Below, in pieces: positions 19,494-28,562 of a DNA stretch of 64,000 nt. The DNA is taken from NCBI GenBank assembly GCA_963743605.1, contig CAVUQJ010000013.1:38633-102632 (forward strand), given 5' to 3'. Numbering within the stretch: position 1 is the first letter of the stretch; each line of letters opens with the position of its first letter. The position numbers and the translations under genes are program-made. The DNA is from Vulcanimicrobiota bacterium. Lineage in GTDB: Bacteria; Vulcanimicrobiota; Vulcanimicrobiia; Vulcanimicrobiales; Vulcanimicrobiaceae. The notes under the pieces are model-generated. The model saw only the letters and a list, made by a program, of their open reading frames with translations, had not been told where the DNA came from and ran no database searches.

Positions 19494-21167
19494 ATGTCAT
19501 CGTTCTGCTCGCCCTTTGAGCGGCTCGCGGCCCGAGTCACGGGCGCGCTCGGCGTCGCTCTTTTGGTCGCGGCTTGCACCAGAATCGAGATGCAGAACCA
19601 GACCGCGACCGTCAGGCCGCACCGGCATTCTTACACGATCCCCCACGTGCTGCGGATCGCGGACGACACGGACGCCCGGAGCCTCAACCCGCACACCGAC
19701 CCCCGGGCGTGGAGAATAGCCGACCTAACCATGGCATGGCTGCTACGCAGCGGCCCCGACGACCGCCCGCGTCCGGAACTTGCGACCGAGGTTCCAAGCC
19801 GGAGCAACGGCGGGATCAGCCCCGATGGAAAGACGGTTACGTACCATCTGCGCCGCGACGCGAGGTGGTCGGACGGGGTGCCGTTCACCGCGGCCGACGT
19901 CGTCTTCTCGACGCACGCCGTGCTCAACCCGCGCAACAATGAACCGATGCGCCTCTTTTTCGATGACATCGCGGGCGTCAGTGCGCCGGACAGATACACG
20001 GTCGCGCTGCGACTGAAGCGCCCGTTTGGCGGCATCACCTTCAACTATTTCTATTCGGTCGGCACCCCGTGTCTCTTGCCGGCACACATTCTCGGTCGAC
20101 TTCCGAACATCAATGCCGCGCCCTACAACGCGTTGCCCGTTGGGATTGGCCCTTTCAAATACGCCCGCTGGGATCGGGGCAGCGAGATCGTCCTGGTGGC
20201 CGATCCGCTCTACTTCCGCGGTCGCCCGAAGCTCGACCGGATCATCATGCGATCGCTCCCGAATGCGCTCGTCGGATATGGGGCCCTCCGAACGCACGAA
20301 GTCGACCTCGTCAGTTGGCTGCCCTATCTTACAGCCGGCACCGAAAACGAGCAACAGTTTTCTATCCTACATCGGCGGCCGTTCCAGATGGTGTTTATCA
20401 CCCTCAACGCGCATCGTTCTCCATTCGACGATCTGCGGGTGCGCAGGGCAGTCCGTCTCGCTATCGACCGAAAGCGTATCCACGAACTGTTCGTTGGACA
20501 GGTTGGAAAACGAAGCGGCGACGTTTATCCTGTTACGGATTCACCGTATCCCGTTGGGCACCCAATGAACGATCCGCAGCTTCCAATCGTCCCGTTCGAC
20601 CCTGCTGCGGCGAATCGCTTGTTCGAGAGCGCCGGCTGGCACCGCGGTCCCGATGGCATCCGAACCAAGGACGGACGCCGCCTCGAAATTCTCTTCGATG
20701 GCTCCGCCGAGGCGCCAATCGTCATGCGCTTTGAGGAGTTGCTTCGGGCGAACCTGCGCGACGTTGGCGCGGAGATGACGATTCGTAACTTCACGATCGC
20801 GTTCTTAAATGCGCCCGATGGCCCCTTGGCTCGCGGAAATTTCGACATGATGCCTTCGATCTTAGAATTCGATGCATTTGGCGACCTAACATTTGCCTTC
20901 GGTTGCGGGCGTGTCTTCCCAAACGGGTTCAACCTGGCGCGGTTCTGCGACCCTTCGGTCGACGCTCTTCTCGCGGCTTTCGACGCTACGTACGACAAGC
21001 GCGAGCGAAGGCGCATCTCCGCCCAAATTCAGCGCAAGATCTATGACGCCGTTCCATATATTAACCTCGCGTCGCTGGACGAGTTTTGGATCTCGAATAC
21101 GGACCTTCACGATTTTCGACCGAATCACTCGGCCGTTTACGACGACTTCATGAACGTCGATATCTGA
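19494..21167 (+). CDS. ABC transporter substrate-binding lipoprotein, family 5 (peptide/nickel type)
   Basis: 557 aa. LLVAAC lipobox; RDARWSDGVPFTAADVVFS...DRYTVALRLKRPF...KYARWDRGSEIVLVADPLYFRGRPKLDRII. No permease or ATPase genes adjacent. Confidence 0.8.
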   Translation: MSSFCSPFERLAARVTGALGVALLVAACTRIEMQNQTATVRPHRHSYTIPHVLRIADDTDARSLNPHTDPRAWRIADLTMAWLLRSGPDDRPRPELATEVPSRSNGGISPDGKTVTYHLRRDARWSDGVPFTAADVVFSTHAVLNPRNNEPMRLFFDDIAGVSAPDRYTVALRLKRPFGGITFNYFYSVGTPCLLPAHILGRLPNINAAPYNALPVGIGPFKYARWDRGSEIVLVADPLYFRGRPKLDRIIMRSLPNALVGYGALRTHEVDLVSWLPYLTAGTENEQQFSILHRRPFQMVFITLNAHRSPFDDLRVRRAVRLAIDRKRIHELFVGQVGKRSGDVYPVTDSPYPVGHPMNDPQLPIVPFDPAAANRLFESAGWHRGPDGIRTKDGRRLEILFDGSAEAPIVMRFEELLRANLRDVGAEMTIRNFTIAFLNAPDGPLARGNFDMMPSILEFDAFGDLTFAFGCGRVFPNGFNLARFCDPSVDALLAAFDATYDKRERRRISAQIQRKIYDAVPYINLASLDEFWISNTDLHDFRPNHSAVYDDFMNVDI

Positions 21168-21193
21168 CGCAGCGGCCGAGCGGATCCCTGCGG

Positions 21194-23803
21194 GTGCCCT
21201 CGAGGAGCCGGGCGAAATCCGTCGGCGCTTTGGAGCAGCAACGAGTCGCGTCCGGCGCAGCGGCCTTTGGGGCGCTCTTGCGACGCTATCGCCTCGCCGC
21301 CGGCCTTACCCAAGATGCGCTGGCCGAGCGCGCTCGCATGAGCGCTAATGGGATCGGCGCGCTCGAACGCGGTGATCGACGCACGCCTCAACGCGAGACG
21401 CTCGGGCTCCTTGCAAAAGCGCTGGCCCTCGATGCGGCGCAGCGGGAGGAGTTCGAGCGTGCAGCCGCCCGTCCAAGTCTGCCGCGGGAAACGGAGAGCG
21501 GCGCTTCGATCGCCCACGGACCGTGGCGGGAAACCACGTCGTCGGATTTACCATTGTCCCTGACGCGCTTTATCGGCCGAGAACGCGCGCTCACCGAAAT
21601 CGCAGCCCTAGTACGAGAGAATCGGCTCGTCACGCTGACGGGTACGGGTGGCATCGGCAAGACCCGGACCGCGTCGGAAGTTGCAGGCGCTTTGCGCAAG
21701 CACCGCGGTGCCGACATACGGCTCGTCGAGTTGGCGCCACTTTCTGATGCCTCGCAGGTTACAGCGACGATCGCTGGTGCGCTGGGTGCGCAGCCGACGC
21801 CCGGCCGAGCGCTCCTCGAAATGCTGATCGCGTACCTCCAGCGCAAGACCGTTCTGCTGTTGGTCGACAACTGCGAGCATCTCATCGGCGAGGTGGCGAG
21901 GGTTCTCGAGGCGCTCCTGCGGAGTTGCCCGGACCTACGGGTGCTGGCGACGAGCCGCGAGCGGCTGCAGATCTCCGGCGAGCATGTGTACCGCCTGCCG
22001 TCGCTCGACGTTCCTTCGCCGGAAGCGGCGTCACGGCTGCCGGCCACGAAGGTGTCGCAAACCGAGGCGATTGCGCTGTTCGTCGATCGTGCACGAACTG
22101 TTGAGCACGACTTCGTCCTGCGTGAAGATGACATTCCCGTCGTAGCAGACATCTGCCGAGGCTTGGATGGGATCCCACTGGCGATCGAGCTAGCAGCTGC
22201 ACGCGTAACGATCCTCCCGCTGAGTGCCCTCGCTAAGAAACTCGACGAACGCTTCGCGCTGTTGACCGACGGCGGCCGGAACGTGCTCCCGCGTCAGCAG
22301 ACCATGCGGGCAACCATCGATTGGAGCGTCGCACTCTTAAGTGAGGTTGAGCGCGCGCTCCTGCCGAGGCTCGCCATCTTTTCCGGTGGTTGGACGCTGG
22401 AGGCTGCCGAGGCCGTTTGTTGGGATGAGAACCTTCAGCCAATTGGTATCTTCAAATGCCTGACGTCGCTGGTCGAGAAGTCGCTGCTGACGTTACGCTT
22501 CTCGGCCGAGTTCCCAATGGTGAGGCGCGACGGTCGCGCGAGCGCTAATCGATGGCCGCGATACGGGCTCTTGGAGTCGATTCGGGCGTATGCGTTGGAA
22601 GAACTCGAGGCCAGCGGTGAACGCGAGTACTTGGCGCGCCGTCACGCGGAGTGGGCCGCAGACTACGGCGAGTGGCTGGAAGAGTTTTTCTTCTATGAAC
22701 CCACCAGGCTCCATAGCGAGGCTGCGTTCCCCGACGTTCACGAAATGGCCAATCGCCAAGAAGCGCTGCTCTGGGCACTTGCAAGCGACGACGCGTTGCT
22801 GGCGGCACGTATTGCCGGGACCTGGCCCTGGTTCGATCTAACGACGGACATCGATCGCCGCATCCAAATGGCGCTGACGAGAATCGAGGGCACGGGGCAC
22901 CGGGCCCTCGAGGCAAGACTCTGGCTTGCACTGGGAAGTGAGACTGGTGAGAAACGTCGTGCAGTGCCCGAGGGCGCGCAAAAGGCGATTTCGATTTTCG
23001 AGGAATGTGGTGAACGTAGCCATTGGCTCGCAGGGGCCTTCGGCACGGCGGCGTCACGCTCGATGGAGGCGGGTCGTTATTCGGACGCGCTGAAGGCTTG
23101 TGATGCCGAGTTGGAAGTCAGGGACGAACTAGGGGCTAACGACGCATTTTGGCGGTCCGGCTGGCTGGCGATGCGTGGACAGGCCCTGCAGGCGTTGGGA
23201 CGGCATCAAGAGGCGCATGACTGTCTGACCGAGGCGATCGCGCTGAGTGAGTTTCGGCTTCGGTGGTTGATTGGTGTCTCGATACTCGCCGGCGTGACGG
23301 CCGAAATGGGCGACTTTCATCGAGCTGCAGCGTTAGGCGACGAAGTGATGGCGGCCGTGCCGCGCCACGAATGGCCGTTGCTCGAGGGACACGAACGCTG
23401 GGCGCTCACCGAGAACCGTACGAACGCCGTCGCCTACCAGTTGACGCTCGGCAACGTCGAGGCGGCCCGATTCGCGGCGCTCGACGCTTTAGAGCTTTCG
23501 CAGCAGCGGTGGGGAGGAATCGCGCCCCTCACGCACCTCAGCCTTTCGACGCTCGGCGCTCTCGGCGGCGACGCCGAAAGATCCGCTCGCCTGAAGGGCT
23601 ACGTCGACGCAATGTATGCTATGCTTGGCGAGGTCCGTCAGCCCACTGACGAACGAACCTATCGGTTTCTCATCGCGGCTCTCAACGAGCGCTTGACCAC
23701 CCAGGAGATTGGGCGGCTCGCTGCCGAGGGCGCAGCGTTCAGCGAGACTCAAGCCGCCAACGTCGCGGCAGCGATCGCACGGCGGCTTCGACCTCTCAGT
23801 TAG
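21194..23803 (+). CDS. STAND-type regulator: XRE-like HTH + NB-ARC/AAA ATPase + TPR-like C-terminus
   Basis: LRRYRLAAGLTQDALAERARMSANGIGALERGDR (HTH), FIGRERAL, P-loop GTGGIGKTR, Walker B LLLVDNCEH, GLDGIPLAIELAAARV, LPRQQTMRATIDWS, then about 400 aa of helical repeats. GTG 21194 is the first start after the SBP stop. Confidence 0.75.
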   Translation: MPSRSRAKSVGALEQQRVASGAAAFGALLRRYRLAAGLTQDALAERARMSANGIGALERGDRRTPQRETLGLLAKALALDAAQREEFERAAARPSLPRETESGASIAHGPWRETTSSDLPLSLTRFIGRERALTEIAALVRENRLVTLTGTGGIGKTRTASEVAGALRKHRGADIRLVELAPLSDASQVTATIAGALGAQPTPGRALLEMLIAYLQRKTVLLLVDNCEHLIGEVARVLEALLRSCPDLRVLATSRERLQISGEHVYRLPSLDVPSPEAASRLPATKVSQTEAIALFVDRARTVEHDFVLREDDIPVVADICRGLDGIPLAIELAAARVTILPLSALAKKLDERFALLTDGGRNVLPRQQTMRATIDWSVALLSEVERALLPRLAIFSGGWTLEAAEAVCWDENLQPIGIFKCLTSLVEKSLLTLRFSAEFPMVRRDGRASANRWPRYGLLESIRAYALEELEASGEREYLARRHAEWAADYGEWLEEFFFYEPTRLHSEAAFPDVHEMANRQEALLWALASDDALLAARIAGTWPWFDLTTDIDRRIQMALTRIEGTGHRALEARLWLALGSETGEKRRAVPEGAQKAISIFEECGERSHWLAGAFGTAASRSMEAGRYSDALKACDAELEVRDELGANDAFWRSGWLAMRGQALQALGRHQEAHDCLTEAIALSEFRLRWLIGVSILAGVTAEMGDFHRAAALGDEVMAAVPRHEWPLLEGHERWALTENRTNAVAYQLTLGNVEAARFAALDALELSQQRWGGIAPLTHLSLSTLGALGGDAERSARLKGYVDAMYAMLGEVRQPTDERTYRFLIAALNERLTTQEIGRLAAEGAAFSETQAANVAAAIARRLRPLS

Positions 23804-23842
23804 CCCGCCTCCTTGAGTTAGGTTACGCCGCAAGATGCTGCG

Positions 23843-25516
23843 TTAGCGATGAAGCAGGTTGACGAAGTTCATGGCTTGCAGCGCGCCGATCCCGCTCATT
23901 TGGTCGTAGCCCGCGTGAGCGTAGTACGGCGGAATGCTGCCTTGCACGATGTCGCGGAAGTACACCGTCGATCCGTTCGAGTAGCCGTTTGCGAGCCACG
24001 TTTTATAAAGTGTGACGTTGAAGTAGCCGGCGCGGGCGTTCTGAACCTGATCGATCTCGCCGAGTGCCGCGCCGAAGATGGGCGATGCGAGAGACGTACC
24101 ATAGAACCAGGTCCAGGCGCCGTTGAAGTAGATTGCTTCCCCGGCTTGGCCTGAGGCATCGAAGGCGAGATCGGGGACGTTCCGTCCGCCGGCGATCGCG
24201 TTTGGCACGTTCCTCTGCCAACTGGGGAGCCGGAACACGACGGAGACCCCACCGCCGGTCGCGCCCGCCCCGGGCACGTTCCAACCGGTCTCATCGGTGA
24301 CGTGCCCGTTGGCGTCGACCGCCAAGTCCGTGCCGCCGACCGCGATGTTGTGGGGAGTCGAGCCCGGCAAGCAAACATCGATCTTCTTCGCGTAGGGGCA
24401 GACAGAGCCCCAATCGCCGGTGATCGCGTGGAACGTGATCCCTTGGGCCGCGCCCTGCTTTTCGATCGCCTCGAGCGATCTCGCCAGCTCCCCGTGGCTC
24501 TGGGTCTCCCAGCCGCCCCAACTCGAATTCAGGGTGTCGACGAAGTTGTCGCTCACGACCTGATTGAAAACGTCGACGACCGGGGTGTCACGCAGTGCGG
24601 GAATCTCGTACACGTACACCGCCGCTCCCGGGGCGAGCGAAACGATGGTCTGGAGATCGCCGGTGGTCTCGTCCGCGCCTCCGCCCGGAAAGGGCGGTGC
24701 TCCGCCGTCCACAGAAACGCGAGTAACGGGTGGGCCGGTCGCCGTCACGCCGAAATACGCGAGGTCTGTGGCGAGGTCGCTGTCGAGAAAGTCGCCAGCC
24801 ATCTCGATCCCGATCGACCGTCCGGTTCCAGTGTAACCGCTCAGCGATGGCAGGTCGTACGCTTCTGAGAGGATCTGCGGACCATATCCGCCTTCCGGGC
24901 CGTACAATGGATAGCCGTTGCGTCGCACGTCAAGGCGACTGTGTTCCGCACCCGTTGGGACCCTCATGTGATGAGGTGCGTGGAAGACCGCCGTGTCGTC
25001 GAGTCCGATCACGGTGCTGACGATACCGGCAATGTCCGCTGGAACGAGGCCGGCACGCACGTTGGCGTAGCTGAGGCCCGCTTCAGGCGACCAAACCTTA
25101 TGGATGTCGGTCGAGAAATATCGGGCCGCGACCGGCGCCGGCGCTGCGGCGTCGACGATTGTGCGATTCGGGAACACCCCGGTGATCGCAAAGCCCGCGC
25201 GGGAGAGCGCTCTCCCGACACGCGCGTACTCGGCCGCCGTCGGCGCAAAATAGGAGCGAAACTGCGAAGGTGAAAGAAATCGATGGTAGATGGGCGAGCT
25301 TGGATCGGCTTGAGCTTCGGTCAGCCGTTCGAGTTCGGCGTCATGATGGTACTTCAGCATCACAGCGACGCGCACGCGAACTGTGGCCGGGGCAGGACCG
25401 AGATCATGAAATCTCTGCAACTCGCTCGCCGGGATCGGGGTAGCGGCGATAGCAGATGAGCTGGTCGCCCCGATGAATGCGGCCAGGATCGTGCTGAACC
25501 AGAAAGGCAATGTCAT
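23843..25516 (-). CDS. S53 family serine peptidase (sedolisin), paralogue 2
   Basis: MTLPFWFSTILAAFIGATSSSAIAA signal; pro-domain (SPIYHRFLSPSQFRSYFAPT); catalytic region with ITGDWGS and YGTSLASPIFGAA. ATG 25516 lies 10 nt after the stop of the upstream GloVer gene. Confidence 0.8.
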   Translation of the reverse strand: MTLPFWFSTILAAFIGATSSSAIAATPIPASELQRFHDLGPAPATVRVRVAVMLKYHHDAELERLTEAQADPSSPIYHRFLSPSQFRSYFAPTAAEYARVGRALSRAGFAITGVFPNRTIVDAAAPAPVAARYFSTDIHKVWSPEAGLSYANVRAGLVPADIAGIVSTVIGLDDTAVFHAPHHMRVPTGAEHSRLDVRRNGYPLYGPEGGYGPQILSEAYDLPSLSGYTGTGRSIGIEMAGDFLDSDLATDLAYFGVTATGPPVTRVSVDGGAPPFPGGGADETTGDLQTIVSLAPGAAVYVYEIPALRDTPVVDVFNQVVSDNFVDTLNSSWGGWETQSHGELARSLEAIEKQGAAQGITFHAITGDWGSVCPYAKKIDVCLPGSTPHNIAVGGTDLAVDANGHVTDETGWNVPGAGATGGGVSVVFRLPSWQRNVPNAIAGGRNVPDLAFDASGQAGEAIYFNGAWTWFYGTSLASPIFGAALGEIDQVQNARAGYFNVTLYKTWLANGYSNGSTVYFRDIVQGSIPPYYAHAGYDQMSGIGALQAMNFVNLLHR

Positions 25517-25526
25517 GAACGTTCTC

Positions 25527-26834
25527 CTACAGATGCAGCGCGAAGACCGTGCCGATGCCGTAAGCGCCGCCAGTTGAGGCCGCGCCAAGCAGCACGCGCG
25601 ATGTTCCTAAGATGACCGGCGCAAGAGGATCCGCCCCATCGTTCCCACCCGTGAACGCGTACAGGACGCGCTCCGTATACCCTGAGCCCGATGGAGTGAG
25701 TTTGAAGATCGTTCCGGCGTTGCCGGCGCCGCCGGAGGACGTCGTGCCGTACAGCGCCCCCGTCTTATCGAGCACGAGACTCGAGAGCGGGAGCGCTCCG
25801 TCGGCGCCGCCTTGGAACGCATAGAGCACGGATTCGGTGTAGCCCGACGCCGTCGGCGTAAGCTTGAAAACCGTCCCGAGGCCGGGCGCGCCACCATACT
25901 CGGTCGTTCCGTACAACGCGCCACCGGCATCAGCGACGATGCCTCCTTCGGGGTAGTAGCCGTCGTTGCCGCCTTGAAAGCTGTAAAGGCGTGAATACAT
26001 GTAGCCGGAGGGCGCCGGTGTCAGCGCGTACACGACGCCGCAGAAGGTAATTCGATTCCTCGGGCACGCTCCATCGCCGCCGAACGCTGCCGTACCGTAG
26101 ATTGCGCCCTTGGCGTCGATCGCGAGTGCTCCCGACGGAAGCGCGCCGTTGGGATCTTCCGGTCCGCTTGAGTAGAGAGGAAACGAGTACACAATCTGCT
26201 CGGGCCCGCCCGAGTTCAGCGTGAAGACGGTTCCCGCGTTACCTCCGACGCCCCATAACGTCGTTCCGTGGAGTGCGCCCGATGCGTCGATGACCATCCC
26301 CCCGTATGGGAACCGGCCATCGGCCGCACCACCATCAAACCGATGGACGAGGCGCTCGGTGTAACCACCCGCCGAGGGCACGAGCGCGAAAACGGTTCCA
26401 CACGCAGTATACTGTTGGAAGACGCAGCCGTTGGAGGCGGACGAACTGCCGCCGTCGAGGGTCGTACCGAATAACGTCCCAGTCCGACCTTCGATGAGGG
26501 GCGCCACCGGAAGCGCACCATCTTTGCTGCCGCCGCGGAACGAATGGAGGACGCTCTCAGTGTAGCCCGATCCCGCCGGCACCAATCGGTACACGGTGCC
26601 GACGTTCTTCGCTCCACCGGCCTCCGTCACGCCGAAGAGAGCGCCTGACTTATCGAGGAGAAGGCCGCTCATCGGCAACGAACCGTCCGCACCGCCGGAG
26701 AAGGCGTGAAGCACTTGCAGCGTCGGTTGCCGAGCACTTCCCGGTCTGCCCGCAAGCGCTGCGTTCGAAGCTGCGAGGCAACATGCAAAGAACCCCAATC
26801 CGAGAACGAATGTCAAACGCCGCGATACCATCAA
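25527..26834 (-). CDS. Secreted tandem-repeat protein with GloVer (Gloeo_Verruco)-type repeats
   Basis: 435 aa. Signal peptide, then about 8 repeats of the form F.GG.DG..P...L..D..GALYGTT..GG....GTVFKL.P...GYTE.VLY.F. Confidence 0.75.
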   Translation of the reverse strand: MMVSRRLTFVLGLGFFACCLAASNAALAGRPGSARQPTLQVLHAFSGGADGSLPMSGLLLDKSGALFGVTEAGGAKNVGTVYRLVPAGSGYTESVLHSFRGGSKDGALPVAPLIEGRTGTLFGTTLDGGSSSASNGCVFQQYTACGTVFALVPSAGGYTERLVHRFDGGAADGRFPYGGMVIDASGALHGTTLWGVGGNAGTVFTLNSGGPEQIVYSFPLYSSGPEDPNGALPSGALAIDAKGAIYGTAAFGGDGACPRNRITFCGVVYALTPAPSGYMYSRLYSFQGGNDGYYPEGGIVADAGGALYGTTEYGGAPGLGTVFKLTPTASGYTESVLYAFQGGADGALPLSSLVLDKTGALYGTTSSGGAGNAGTIFKLTPSGSGYTERVLYAFTGGNDGADPLAPVILGTSRVLLGAASTGGAYGIGTVFALHL

Positions 26835-27066
26835 GACCTCCTAGCCGAGGGCTAATCTCTTCGGTATCGTATCCGGGCGCGGCGGTATCTCGGAACCAAC
26901 AAGTACACAGCCTAACTACACAAGTTGGACCTTAGCCTCCGGCGTGAGGGCCGTGGTCCCGAGGGTGACCGCCCCGAGTGCCCGCGCGGGCGATTCGGCG
27001 GCGCCGTGCCTCGCCGACTGGGACGCGGCGCAACGGTGTCGCGCGCGGGCGGGTTGTGCGCCGCAA

Positions 27067-28050
27067 ATGACCAGCCGTCCACTGGGTCGCAACGGCCCGC
27101 ACGTCTCAGAGCTCGGCCTCGGCTGCATGGGCATGTCCGAATTCTACGGGCCGGCCCACGAGGCCGAGTCCGTCGCGACGATCCATCGCGCGCTCGCGCT
27201 TGGGATCACGTTCCTGGACACCGCCGACATGTACGGTCGCGGCCACAACGAGGAACTGGTCGGCCGCGCGATCCACGGCCGGCGCGACCAGGTCTTCCTC
27301 GCGACCAAGTTCGGGGTCGTCCGCAGCGACGACCCGTCGCAGCGCGGGATCTCGGGCCGGCCGGAGTACGTGCACCAGGCCTGCGACGCGTCGCTAGCGC
27401 GGCTCGGCGTCGACACGATCGATCTCTACTACCAGCACCGCGTCGACACGAACGTCCCGATCGAGGAGACGGTCGGTGCGATGGCCGACTTGGTGGCCGC
27501 AGGCAAGGTGCGCCATCTCGGACTCTCCGAAGCAGCGCCCGCGACGATTCGCCGCGCCGTCGCCGTCCATCCGATCGCGGCGCTCCAGAGCGAATATTCG
27601 CTCTTCTCGCGCGACCCCGAGGACAACGGCGTGCTGGAGACCGTGCGCGAACTCGGCATCGCGTTCGTCGCCTACAGCCCGATCGGGCGCGGCCTCTTGA
27701 GCGGCGCCATTCGTAACACCGGCGACCTCGCTCAGGACGATTTCCGGCGCAGCACACCCCGCTTCGCGGGCGGGAACCTCGAGCGCAACCTGGCGCTGGT
27801 CGATGCCGTCCGCGAGATCGCGGCCGAACTCGGGATCAGCCCCGCGCAGCTGTCGCTCGCGTGGCTGCTCGGCCGGCGAGACGACATCATCCCGATTCCT
27901 GGCACGAAACGGGTCCGGTACCTCGAAGAAAACGTCGGGGCTACGGCCGTGCGGCTGCCCGCCGAAGCGGTCGAGCGGATCGAGGCGGCGGCGCCCAAGC
28001 ATGCCGTCGCCGGGGCCAGGTACGCCGATATGTCCTCCGTCCATCGTTAA
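27067..28050 (+). CDS. Aldo/keto reductase
   Basis: [29 protein letters not shown]...[22 protein letters not shown]...[10 protein letters not shown]...GLSEA...[13 protein letters not shown]. Confidence 0.85.
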   Translation: MTSRPLGRNGPHVSELGLGCMGMSEFYGPAHEAESVATIHRALALGITFLDTADMYGRGHNEELVGRAIHGRRDQVFLATKFGVVRSDDPSQRGISGRPEYVHQACDASLARLGVDTIDLYYQHRVDTNVPIEETVGAMADLVAAGKVRHLGLSEAAPATIRRAVAVHPIAALQSEYSLFSRDPEDNGVLETVRELGIAFVAYSPIGRGLLSGAIRNTGDLAQDDFRRSTPRFAGGNLERNLALVDAVREIAAELGISPAQLSLAWLLGRRDDIIPIPGTKRVRYLEENVGATAVRLPAEAVERIEAAAPKHAVAGARYADMSSVHR

Positions 28051-28097
28051 AGGCACGTTAGAGTCGCCTGGCGAGCAACCATGAGAACCGTGGCGGG

Positions 28098-28541
28098 TTG
28101 GCTAACTACCGCCAAATGCCGATCCCGCTCGACGTTTCGCGCGACCGCGTGTTCTCCGGTACCAAGCGCCGGATCTTCCAATTGCTCACCGATATGGGAA
28201 CGTCGGCCGATAGCATCTGGCCCTTTGCCTCGCAACCGTTCATGCGGACGGCGGGGCCGCTCGTCCCCGACCGGACCGAAGAGTGGCATCTCGGCCTGCA
28301 CGCCGTGTTGAGCGAGGTCGTGCCCGAGGAGCGCATCGTCTGGCGCATCGACAACGAGGGAGTCGACGGGACGCATGGCTTCTACGTCGATACGGTCGAC
28401 AAGAAGACGCGGATCGCCCACCGCTTTCAAGCGACGCTTTCCGACACCGAGGGCCGCCTGTTGTGGCGGCGGATCGAAGACGTCCACGAGCGCACGATCG
28501 AGGCGCTCTTCGATAAGATCGCCCGGGTTCTCAAACGCTGA
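28098..28541 (+). CDS. SRPBCC-family (START/polyketide-cyclase-like) protein
   Basis: 147 aa. Length and pattern (RRIFQLLTDMGTSADSIWPF...IVWRIDNEG...THGFYVD...IAHRFQATL) fit the SRPBCC fold. Assignment from pattern only. Confidence 0.55.
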   Translation: MANYRQMPIPLDVSRDRVFSGTKRRIFQLLTDMGTSADSIWPFASQPFMRTAGPLVPDRTEEWHLGLHAVLSEVVPEERIVWRIDNEGVDGTHGFYVDTVDKKTRIAHRFQATLSDTEGRLLWRRIEDVHERTIEALFDKIARVLKR

Positions 28542-28562
28542 TCCGCTAAGACGAGGGCACGC

